DNA of 62,825 nt, counting the filler, from Octopus bimaculoides (taxonomy: Eukaryota), in the NCBI RefSeq assembly GCF_001194135.2. It is 8 parts of 8 records of this genome, joined end to end, with 100 filler letters (N's around TTAATTAATTAA, not from the genome) between each part and the next. Parts side by side here need not be neighbours in the genome. Positions count along the whole stretch, not along the records: positions 44,921 to 58,638 come from NC_068998.1; positions 58,739 to 62,825 come from NC_068989.1; 6 more parts are not named here. One strand, given 5' to 3'. Under the pieces are notes generated by a model, which saw only the letters and a program-made list of their open reading frames with translations, searched no databases and was not told the DNA's origin. Below, in pieces: positions 52,994-62,825 of the stretch (position 1 is the first letter of the stretch; every line of letters begins with the position of its first letter). The translations under genes and the position numbers were made by a program.

Positions 52994-53889
52994 GCAGTGA
53001 TTGCGATAAAGATCAGTAACAACAATAATCAGAAATACAATGTAACTTTAAGGGTTTATGTTGAACACTTGCGGTGAGAAAAACCATTTCGTGACGGCGT
53101 TATCGGAATATCGAGTTTCGTCAAGGTTTTGCTAAGACAGACGTCGAAAATGTGTGGACGGAACGAGAGAGACGGGGCGAGTGGGAAGTGGTCAAGGATA
53201 GAGGGAGAGAGAGTGAGAGATGGAGGAAGAGTGAAGAGGGGAGAGAAAGGAGTTAGAGAGAGCGTTAAGGGAGCAACCTGCGGTGTAAACCTTCTTAAGT
53301 CATCTCATCTAGCTACAATGGCGACGAAGGTGATCAACAGCCGACAAATTGATAAGCATGTGTGTGTGTGTGAGAGAGAGAGAGAGCGTGTGTGTGTGTG
53401 TGAGGGAGAGAGCGTGTGTGTGAGAGAGAATGTGTGAGAGTGTGTGAGAGAGAGAGAGAGAGAGTGTGTGTGAGGGAGAGAGCGTGTGTGTGAGAGAGAG
53501 TGTGTGTGACAGAGAGAGAGTGTATGTGTCAGAGAGAGTGTGTATGCATGTGTGTGTGNNNNNNNNNNNNNNNNNNNNNNNNNNNNNNNNNNNNNNNNNN
53601 NNNNNNNNNNNNNNNNNNNNNNNNNNNNNNNNNNNNNNNNNNNNNNNNNNNNNNNNNNNNNNNNNNNNNNNNNNNNNNNNNNNNNNNNNNNNNNNNNNNN
53701 NNNNNNNNNNNNNNNNNNNNNNNNNNNNNNNNNNNNNNNNNNNNNNNNNNNNNNNNNNNNNNNNNNNNNNNNNNNNNNNNNNNNNNNNNNNNNNNNNNNN
53801 NNNNNNNNNNNNNNNNNNNNNNNNNNNNNNNNNNNNNNNNNNNNNNNNNNNNNNNNNNNNNNNNNNNNNNNNNNNNNNNNNNNNNNNNG

Positions 53890-54002
53890 AATCGTTAGCA
53901 CGCCGGGCGAAATGCTTAGTGGTATTTCGTCTGTCTTTACGTTCTGAGTTCAAATTCCGCCGAAGTCGACGTTGCCTTTCATCCTTTCGGGGTCAATAAA
54001 TT

Positions 54003-54006
<4 letters not shown>
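53890..54006 (+). mobile_element. Second SINE family fragment
   Basis: cgttctgagttcaaattccgcc (B-box-like) followed by gcctttcatcctttcggggtcaataaattaagt, a conserved SINE central-domain-like segment. A degraded copy lies at about 42270-42360. Confidence 0.7.
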
Positions 54007-54039
<33 letters not shown>

Positions 54040-54597
54040 ACAGAAAGAAAGAGAGAAATATAGAAGGAAAAAAAAAACAAACAAACAAAAGCAAAAAGAA
54101 AGAAAGAACGAAAGAGGGAAGGAGAAAAAAGAGGAAGAAAGATATACGATATATACATGAAAGAAGAAAAAAGAAAGAAAGAGAACGAAGAATGAATTAT
54201 AGAAGGACAATTCTAACCCCACCATCACCATCACCATCACCATCACCGACCCAACCCAACCCCTCAACCCCCACTTACTCCTGCCCCCTTCACCTATCCT
54301 TTCCAAAATGGCGACTGGCGAATTACTGCTGGTGTAATGCGAGTTTAATATTAACCTGGTCACACAACATGTCAACAGTGGCAGTAGTTTCACTGGCCAA
54401 GTCCGGATTTTGTAATTAGCTCAATTGCAATGGTTGCCGCCAGAGGTCACTTTAGGCACGTAATGGCCGACGACAACACTTGCAATCTATAAAGCATTAC
54501 GACTTTATACCTCCACCACCATCAACAGCAACAACAACACCGCCACCACCACCGCATCTATAGTTTACTTTCTTTCTTTGTCTAATTCTTCGGTGGC

Positions 54598-54655
<58 letters not shown>

Positions 54656-55493
54656 CGTTATTATTATTCTACTTGCTGCTGCTGTTACTATTACTACTAC
54701 TATTATTATAACCACCACCACAATTACCACCACTACTATTATTAGTGCCACAATCTCCATGACCATCTCTACTATTACTACTACTACTGCTACTACTACT
54801 ACCGCTGCTGCTGCATGAGAACAATTGAGCCACTGAAGGATGCCTGTATGTAGTTGATTCAAGTGCGAGAAATAACAACGGAATCTCCATTGAATTTCGT
54901 CCCTATGCTTCAAACAAGTTAAGAAAACATTGAAATACAAAATTGAAAAACCATTAACAGACATGGTGGTCACAGGTGGAATGCCTTTGATCGTAGTTCT
55001 GCTCGATGAGGTCAAACATGGTGTTAAGCCACAACAAGGAGGCTGTCACAATCTGGCAATCGCTATGTGGTCTATCGCCTTGCTAGAAATAGAAGCTGGT
55101 TGTCCAAATACCAGCTATACGAGCACTTCTCAAACTGAAGTACGCGTAAGTATCCATAAGGATACCTATGAGAGAATTCGAAAGCACATCAAATTTATGG
55201 AAACACCGGAATTTCGAAGCAATTACATTCGTCCAAACGCAATACTTGTGTCTATAAAATATGTGAAGAGTCTTCTTTTGCTGTTCCTATCCATTTATTG
55301 TTGTGAGCAAGGGTTTCCATCAAGGTTTGTAACCCAAAGCAAATTATATGTAAGACTGTCAATTGAGATGGATATGTGGGCGTGTCTCTCTGGTGCTCTG
55401 TCTTGAATTTAGTTACTTGTAAAAAAGAGACGAGTACATCTGTCTCCTTAAGATTTCCTACATCGGGACAAGACCAGAAATCTTATGGGGACG

Positions 55494-55668
55494 TTTCCGT
55501 CTACCAAATCCACTCACAAGGCTTTGGTCGGCCCGATGCTATAGTAGTAGACACTTGCCCAAGATGCCATGCTGTGGGACTGAACCCGGAACCATGTGGT
55601 TGGTAAGCAAGCAAGCTACTTACCACACAGCCACTCCTACACCTATCCACACAGCTACTCCTGCGCCT
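55494..55668 (-). mobile_element. tRNA-derived SINE head with a small internal duplication
   Basis: tttccgtctaccaaatccactcacaaggctttggtcggccc…gggactgaacccggaaccatgtggttggtaagc…ccacacagccactcc (last segment duplicated). Confidence 0.85.
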
Positions 55669-56306
55669 AAACTGTATACACTGTATACTCTAGATTAATA
55701 AACGTATCCTCATTCTTTTTTCTAGAGCACGGTATGATATGAGATTGATTTAACTGCTATTTCAAACCCCTTAATGCCCGTTCGTTTATTGTTCGTGCGT
55801 AAGGTCCTCTTCGGTGCGATAATTGTCTCCTGGATGTTTGTAGCGATATGTGATTATATGCTGGAGCTGCCGAAGAATATTCGCCAAAATCCCTTGGGAT
55901 GATTTTTCGTAATGGCGGTTAAACTGCGGCGAGAGGTGGTGTCCATGTTGCGTGTAGATAACGCCAGTGTGAAGGAGAGGGAGGGTGGGGAAATGGTGAA
56001 AGAAGGGAGAGGAGAGGAAAGGAGAAAGGTCAAGAGAGGGGGAACGAAGTGTTCTCACTTAAATAGCTGTAATGACAGGGAACGAATCATTACAGCACGG
56101 GTCACTGTCTCTATAGATGCACTGTGTGTCTGTGTGTCTGTGTGTGTGAACTGTATGGATATAACGTGCGTGTGTGTATATGTGTCTATGTATGTATGTA
56201 AGTATTTGCGCATCTCTGTATTTTATATCAGGATGTATAGGTATGTAGATGAAAACAGAAAAAAATGGAACTCAAGCAAATGAGTATATGCATTTCTTTT
56301 TTTTTA

Positions 56307-56424
56307 TTAATATTTAGCAGCAGTAACAGAGTGACTCAAAGCCCGAGAGTTTCGTGCGCTGGCGCTTATCAACGCACGAAGCTCTCCGACCTTGAGCCAC
56401 TGTGTTACATCTGCTAAAGATTAA
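56307..56424. other. Isolated 118-bp gap-free imperfect palindrome (hairpin), TTAA at both ends
   Basis: The core arms 56313-56358 and 56373-56418 pair at 38 of 46 positions by Watson-Crick plus 1 G-U, with no indels and a 14-nt loop. Confidence 0.9.
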
Positions 56425-57053
56425 GTATATATATATATATATATATATATATNNNNNNNNNNNNNNNNNNNNNNNNNNNNNNNNNNNNNNNNNNNNNNNN
56501 NNNNNNNNNNNNNNNNNNNNNNNNNNNNNNNNNNNNNNNNNNNNNNNNNNNNNNNNNNNNNNNNNNNNNNNNNNNNNNNNNNNNNNNNNNNNNNNNNNNN
56601 NNNNNNNNNNNNNNNNNNNNNNNNNNNNNNNNNNNNNNNNNNNNNNNNNNNNNNNNNNNNNNNNNNNNNNNNNNNNNNNNNNNNNNNNNNNNNNNNNNNN
56701 NNNNNNNNNNNNNNNNNNNNNNNNNNNNNNNNNNNNNNNNNNNNNNNNNNNNNNNNNNNNNNNNNNNNNNNNNNNNNNNNNNNNNNNNNNNNNNNNNNNN
56801 NNNNNNNNNNNNNNNNNNNNNNNNNNNNNNNNNNNNNNNNNNNNNNNNNNNNNNNNNNNNNNNNNNNNNNNNNNNNNNNNNNNNNNNNNNNNNNNNNNNN
56901 NNNNNNNNNNNNNNNNNNNNNNNNNNNNNNNNNNNNNNNNNNNNNNNNNNNNNNNNNNNNNNNNNNNNNNNNNNNNNNNNNNNNAGTATTTGTGTGTGTG
57001 AGATTGCCAGCATAATTGTTTTATGTATATGTATGATTTGATACGTGTGTATG

Positions 57054-57088
<35 letters not shown>

Positions 57089-57662
57089 ATGTGTGTGCAT
57101 GTATACATATGGGAGTACATGCATATGTGCATGTATATATACAAATATAAAATAAATATGTGTGTGTGTGTGTGTGTGAGAGGGTGTTTATAATTGCATC
57201 TATATGAGCATGTGTAAGCGTTTTATACGTATCTGTGTGTTTATCTGTGCGTGCGTCTATGTGTACGTGTATGTGCGCATATGCGTGCGCGCCCGTTGTG
57301 TGTGTGTGTGCGGACGCGCCTGTACGTCTGAGTATACGTGAGTCTTTGTGTGTGGGGGGGTATGTGTGTATATGTGTGAATGTATATGTACGTGTGTGTA
57401 TGAGTATGTGTATGTTTATTTGTTTCTGTATGTGTGTATGTCCGTGTATGTGTGTATGAATGTATATGTGTATGTGTGCATATATGTGTGTATGTGTGTA
57501 TGTATATATGTATGTGTGTGTGCGTGTGTGTATATGTGTGTCTTTGTGTGTGTGGTGATGGTGGTGGGGTATGTGTGTATGTGTATGGATGTATATGTAT
57601 GTGTGCATGTGTATGTTTATATGTATCTATATGTGTGTGTATGTGTGTATCAATGTATGTGT

Positions 57663-57718
<56 letters not shown>

Positions 57719-58230
57719 CCTGTGTACTCTTGTATGGAAATTGTCCCAGTGCTAATGCGATTTTCGGTGTGGAATGGCACCGCAGAACGCCTGCATAATT
57801 TCGTGACGACATTCGGTGACTCTTGGAGGTCAAGCCGAGTGCCGTTATCAATGGCGGTTTAGGCAGGTGGATAGATGAGGAGGATGGATAGGGGTGCGCA
57901 TGGGGGTGAAAGAGTGGGCATATGGGAAGGGAGTGGGGGAGTGGGTGGGAGGAGGAGGAGGGTTGCGTTGGTTGTTTGGCGATTGATGTGAGGAGAGATA
58001 GAGAGAGTCAAAGAGGCAGATAGGAGAGAGATAGGGAGAAAGGGAAAGGGAAAATGAGAGAGAGAGAGAGAGAGACAGAGACAGAGAGAGTGAGAAAGAT
58101 GGAGAGGCAGAGGGAAAGAGAGAGAAAGAAAGAGAAGGAAAGAAAGACAAATAAAAAAAGAAAAAATTCAGAAAGAGAAAGTAAGAAAGGCGGGAGAGAA
58201 AGAGAGAGAAAGAGAGAGAGAGAGAAAATC

Positions 58231-58261
<31 letters not shown>

Positions 58262-59240
58262 CATACACACACTACCACACACACAGGCAGATAGACACAC
58301 ACACACGACAGACAAACACAAACACACACACACAAACACACACACACACGCTACATACACACACAGTGGGCGAGAAAATCTTTTGAGCGAAACGTTTGGA
58401 AGGCAAAGCACTAAGGCTTCTACCACTGTGCCCCAAACCACTATCACCATCGCCCCACCACCACCACCACCACCACTACCATTACTACCACAACCACCAC
58501 GAATACTACCACCGCAATCACAATGCTATCGCCCACAACTTCAGAACTACATCCGTAATCACGACACTTCTGCTATCTGGAGCAACGTGAAATAAAGTAT
58601 CTTGCTCAAGAACACAACACACAACCCGGTCCAGGAATNNNNNNNNNNNNNNNNNNNNNNNNNNNNNNNNNNNNNNNNNNNNTTAATTAATTAANNNNNN
58701 NNNNNNNNNNNNNNNNNNNNNNNNNNNNNNNNNNNNNNCTCTCTCTCTCTCCCTCTCTCTCTCTCTGTAATTCAAAGGGTCAGCCTTGTCACACTGTGTC
58801 ACGCTGCATATACCCCGAGAACTACATTAAGGGTACACGTGTGTGTGGAGTGCTCAGCCACTTGCACGTTAATTTCACAAGCAGGCTGTTCCGTTGATCG
58901 GATCAACTGGAACCCTCGACGTCGTAAGCGACGTAGTGCCAACAACAACACTGTTTCATTATAGTGAAGGGGAGATAATTATGTACTTACTGTCGCAGTT
59001 GGAATATATACTTATTTCCCTTTAACTACAAAAGTTTTTATTCCGTCTCAGTTTTCATGAACACACACACACATACACACAATCTCCCCCCTCTCTCTCT
59101 CTCTTCCTTTCTTTCCCCCTCTCCTCTGCACTCTCCATGAGTATGTTTTTTTTTTCTCATCCGAATGTTCCTTGTATTTGTATAGTTAACGCCTAAAAGG
59201 AGTCCCATGGCAAGATAGAGTTTAAATGTTTATATTATGC

Positions 59241-60190
59241 GGTGGATTGGCTGTGTGGCTAATAAGCTCGCTTTCTAACCGTGAGATTTCGGGTTCAGTC
59301 ACATTGCGCAGCATCTTTTACAATAGACCGAGTCAACCTATGGCCAAACAAGTAGCCCAACTCGACAAAGGCAGTAATTACTTTATGAAGGAGTCCCTAA
59401 TAGGCATACCGAAACTGTTTAATGCTCTATAAATACCGGCAGCCTATCATATATAGTCTTTCAAAATTTTCATCAAAATTGATGTAGGGGAGGTGGGAAT
59501 GGTACTTCCTGGAAAAGTCCGATGAGGGGAATAGGCAACTTCCTGGAAATTTCCGAGAGTGCGGAATAAGTAATTTCCTGGAATGCTCCGTGGAGGGGAA
59601 TGGGTAACTTCCTGGAAAGTTCTGAGAAGGGGAACTGCGAGGAGGAACGGTAGGAAGTGGAGGAAAGGGAGGAGGGTGAGGTACTTCCTGGAAATGTCCG
59701 AGGAAAGGGTATTAAGTAACTAACGTCCTGGAAATGTCCGAGGAAAGGGTATTAAGTAACTTCCTGGAAAGTTCCGAAGAGGAGTGGAATAGGCAACTTC
59801 CTGGACAGTTCTGAGAGGAGGAGGGGAAGAATGGGAGGTACTTCCTGGAAAAGTCCGAGGAGGGGTAATAGGAAACTTCCTGGAAAGTTCCGAGGAGTGG
59901 GAACATAGCCCCGGGCTGACCAGTGGCATGTGAGCGAATTTGGTTGAAAGAAACTGTGTGGAAGCCTCGTCGTGTGTGTATGAGCGCGTCTTTGTAGCTG
60001 TGTTTTTTTCTCTACGCCGCTTGACAACCGGTATTGTTTCGGTTATTCCTCCTAACTAAGCGGTTCAGTGAAAGAAGGACCAATATCCTACATACCAAAC
60101 TAAAATACGTACAGATTGAGATCGATTTGTTCGAATAAAAATGCTTCAAAGATGTGCTACACAGCATGGCCGCAGTCTAATGACCGAAAC
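59241..60190 (+). mobile_element. tRNA-derived SINE interrupted by a ~560-bp insert containing the ACTTCCTGGAA array
   Basis: Head ttggctgtgtggctaataagc…cgggttcagtcac… to about 59345. The SINE resumes at atagccccgggctgacc (about 59905) and continues to gcatggccgcagtctaatgac. Confidence 0.7.
59495..59902. repeat. Ten-unit ~35-bp minisatellite with conserved core ACTTCCTGGAAA(G/A/T)TCCGA and variable purine-rich spacers
   Basis: TTCCTGGAA at 59506, 59540, 59575, 59609, 59685, 59761, 59842 and 59877; variants GTCCTGGAA at 59725 and TTCCTGGAC at 59798. Confidence 0.95.
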
Positions 60191-60899
60191 ACTATAAATC
60201 AATTCTCTAGAACAAAGATAAATCTTAGTAAAAATTTAATGTACTACAATCTACTCAACACTCACGACCGTCACCATGCTTCAACAACCATACATCTCTC
60301 ACATCCTGCTAACCTCTATATTTACTTCTGACGTTTGTCGTCTGCTTCCGACATTTATCGTCTGATTAGAGTTAGTGTACTCCCGTAAAAAGTATGACTT
60401 TTGCTTTTTACTGGCACTGCCCTTTAGCGCCATTTTAAAATCTACTAAAGTGAAGTAAAACTACACTGCTGACTTTAAAAGCAAGCGTAGTGCAGTAGAA
60501 ACTACGTATTTCAGGCATCCATTACTGCAGTGACCCTGAAGTGGCTATTATCTAGCAATATACATAGGAAGATGTCAGAATTAATACCGTATGACAGCTG
60601 AAGCAATCATTGAAAAAGGAGTATACTAACTAAAGTATCTAATCTCTTTCGGTGGATAATGCATACATGATTTCTAAACCTGTTATGAATCATCAATCGC
60701 TTAAGCATTGACTGACAGCATTTCTAGTATTACAATATTGATGTATTTTGACTTCTTTCTGTTTTCATTCACCGGATTGCGACCGTGCTGAGGCACCACC
60801 CGGAAGAATGTAGTCAAGTATAAGTGTGTATCTATCTCTGTTTGTCACATATTCATTATCCCTAATCCGAAATAAAATTGTACGCTTAATTGTGGCGAG

Positions 60900-61320
60900 A
60901 AGAGACACGAGCTACAGCGGGACAAATAGCAGCTGCTACACCACGTCCGATGCAGCTCCTCACAACGCCTTGAGCATCCGGGGAGTTCCTGGCCGAAAAG
61001 AACGTCGACGTACATGTACGACCTCCATATTCATCTGTCCTTGCTTCGTACGACTTTTTTCTTTTCCCCAAGCTAAAGAGATCATCAAGGGAACCTGTTT
61101 TGAAGGCGTGGAGGCCATCAAGAGGGCTGTAGCGGTGAAGCTGAGGGGTATTCCAGATGAATCCTTCCAGCAGTGCATAAAAGCGTGACAGAGAAGGATG
61201 AAAAAGTGCGTTAGACCCGCGTGGGATTACTTTGGAAGGGAAACCATGTTGATTTGTCGCTTGAAATTGAAATAAATTGGTTGAGACATCAGTCCCGTTA
61301 ATTGTCAGACAGACCGCGTA
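60900..61320 (+). mobile_element. Mariner 3' fragment with right TIR
   Basis: APHNALSIREFLAEKNV…PPYSS.LASYDFFLFPKLKEIIKG.CFEGVEAIKRAV…ESFQQCIKA(W)QRRMKKC. Ends …cagacagaccgcg|ta. Confidence 0.85.
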
Positions 61321-61458
61321 TATATANNNNNNNNNNNNNNNNNNNNNNNNNNNNNNNNNNNNNNNNNNNNNNNNNNNNNNNNNNNNNNNNNNNNNNNNNN
61401 NNNNNNNNNNNNNNNNNNNNNNNNNNNNNNNNNNNNNNNTAACTTAAAAAGTGACATG

Positions 61459-61830
61459 TATCATCATCGTCGTTTAACGTCCGCTTTCCATGCTAGCATG
61501 GGTTGGACGATTTGACTGAGGACTGGTGAAACCAGATGGCAACACCAGGCTCCAATCTGATTTGTCAGAGTTTCTGCAGCTGGATGTCCTTCCTAACGCC
61601 AACCACTCAGAGAGTGTAGTGGGCGCTTTTACGTGCCACCGGCACGAAGGCCAGTCAAGAGGTACTGGCAACGGCCACGCTCAAAATGGTGTATTTTATG
61701 TGCCACCCGCACAAGAGCCAGTCCAGGGGTACCGGCAACGATCTCGCTCGAAAGTCCTTACACAAGCCGCGGGAACAAGTGCCAGTGTAAGGACTTTCGA
61801 ACGAGATCGTTGCCAGTGCCCCTGGACTAT
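61459..61830 (-). mobile_element. RTE LINE 3' UTR fragment
   Basis: tatcatcatcgtcgtttaacgtccgctttccatgctagcatgggttggacg… is near-identical to the reverse complement of 1-331 and to 4441-4760. Confidence 0.85.
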
Positions 61831-62825
61831 ATATATCTGATAACAATATCCATTATCTCATAACAATATCCTGCTTTCTCCAAGACGCTAGGGTGCGACT
61901 TGAGAAAAGCATGGTTACCATTTCTATCAGTTCTAACAAGAACCACGTAGTATTTTTCTTACTTAGGTACCACATCGTTCACTAAATTTCCAAAAATTCA
62001 TTTTAAACATTAGAAAAATACAAACAATTTCACAAACAATTCTTAAATTTTCTCCTTTTATATTAGCAACCGTTTCCATATTCTTGTAACGCTCAAGAAA
62101 GTTCAGGAAACACACAAGTCAGAGATTTACTTCAAAAGAACAAAGCAGAATCTTTATTCTTCCATGTTTGGAACTTGTTTTTTTCTTTATAATTATTTAC
62201 TTTTACAATTTTCATTTTTTCTCTCTCTCTCTCTCTTTCTCTCTCTTTTCTCCTCTCTCTTTTTCTCTCTCTCTCTCTCAGTTTTTTTCTTAACTTTTGT
62301 TTTCATATTTCTTAATATTTTCTTCACCGTGTTCTTTTTTAATCCTCTTGTCTGTGTTTTTTTTATTTTGTTTTCTTAATTTAATTTTATCTATTTATTT
62401 CGTTATTTTACATTTTAATTTTCCTTTTCGCTTTTCTGAAATCAAAAAGAAACTTTGAACGAATTCAATTCTTTACAGCTTTTTTTCTTTCTTTCTTTCT
62501 TTCACTTCTTATTCCCTCCTTCCTTCACATCAACAGATTCTTATTATTTCTTTCATTTTTTGCTACGTTCCACTTTACTTTCACACTTGCCTCTCTTCAT
62601 TCCTTTCTTTTCCTTCCTTTCTTGTTTCCTTTTTCTTTCTTTCTTTCATTCTTTCTTTCTTTTCTTCATCATCTTCCTTCTTTCCTTAAGACTTTCATTT
62701 TTCTACCGTAATCCGTCGTTCAACTGAAGCGCCAATGACAGAAGATTAACGCAGTACGGAATGACTGTTCTCCGTGGTAAAAACAGAGAGAGAAAGCGAA
62801 AGACAGAGAGAGAAAGCGAAAGACA

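Noticed and set aside
54930-55406. 158-aa plus-strand ORF (MKYKIEKPL…)
   Set aside because: No recognisable domain or splice signals; lies between simple repeats and a SINE, probably old repeat sequence. A BLASTp hit or RNA coverage would overturn this.
21303-57144. Long ORFs of 130-509 aa in the supplied track (e.g. 22579-23661, 45632-46672, 46657-48186)
   Set aside because: Made of X runs from N gaps and HT/YI/CV/LS dipeptides from microsatellites.
23503-59345. tRNA genes suggested by A/B-box-like motifs
   Set aside because: All belong to tRNA-derived SINE heads and do not form a cloverleaf with an acceptor stem.
59495-59902. CRISPR array interpretation of the repeat-spacer pattern
   Set aside because: Eukaryotic context, no cas genes, and the spacers are short, mutually similar purine-rich sequences (one pair identical) rather than unique foreign DNA.

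Overview
AT-rich, microsatellite-dense eukaryotic genomic DNA with many N gaps. The repeat families (tRNA-derived SINEs, RTE/R4/L1-Tx1/CR1 LINEs, Penelope-like elements, Tc1/mariner) look like those of an octopus (inference from recalled repeat sequences, not a database search). It is not prokaryotic: no CRISPR, rRNA or tRNA genes were found. The only host coding sequence I can support is two phase-0 minus-strand exons (7718-7798 and 3656-3811) of a W2-domain protein, most likely eIF2B epsilon. Its other exons are not visible. Most of the rest is decayed transposons: a full-length IR/DR-type Tc1 (9448-11025), a full-length mariner (about 6147-7301), an internally deleted Gypsy-type LTR element with a tRNA-Pro primer site (12669-14615), a foldback MITE, and LINE/SINE fragments. 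Most long ORFs in the supplied track are N-gap or microsatellite artefacts. The best second-look items are: (1) a ~35-bp-period array of ten ETS/STAT-like ACTTCCTGGAA units at 59.5-59.9 kb; (2) a gap-free 118-nt hairpin at 56.3 kb; (3) a minimal hammerhead ribozyme at 50.27-50.31 kb plus related motifs; (4) a 15-bp repeat in the LTR that reads as pentapeptide-like ORFs on both strands; (5) a candidate plus-strand gene 5' end at 43 kb; (6) an apparent CpG shift at an unsized gap near 14.6 kb. All alignments were done by eye; family names and many boundaries are approximate.
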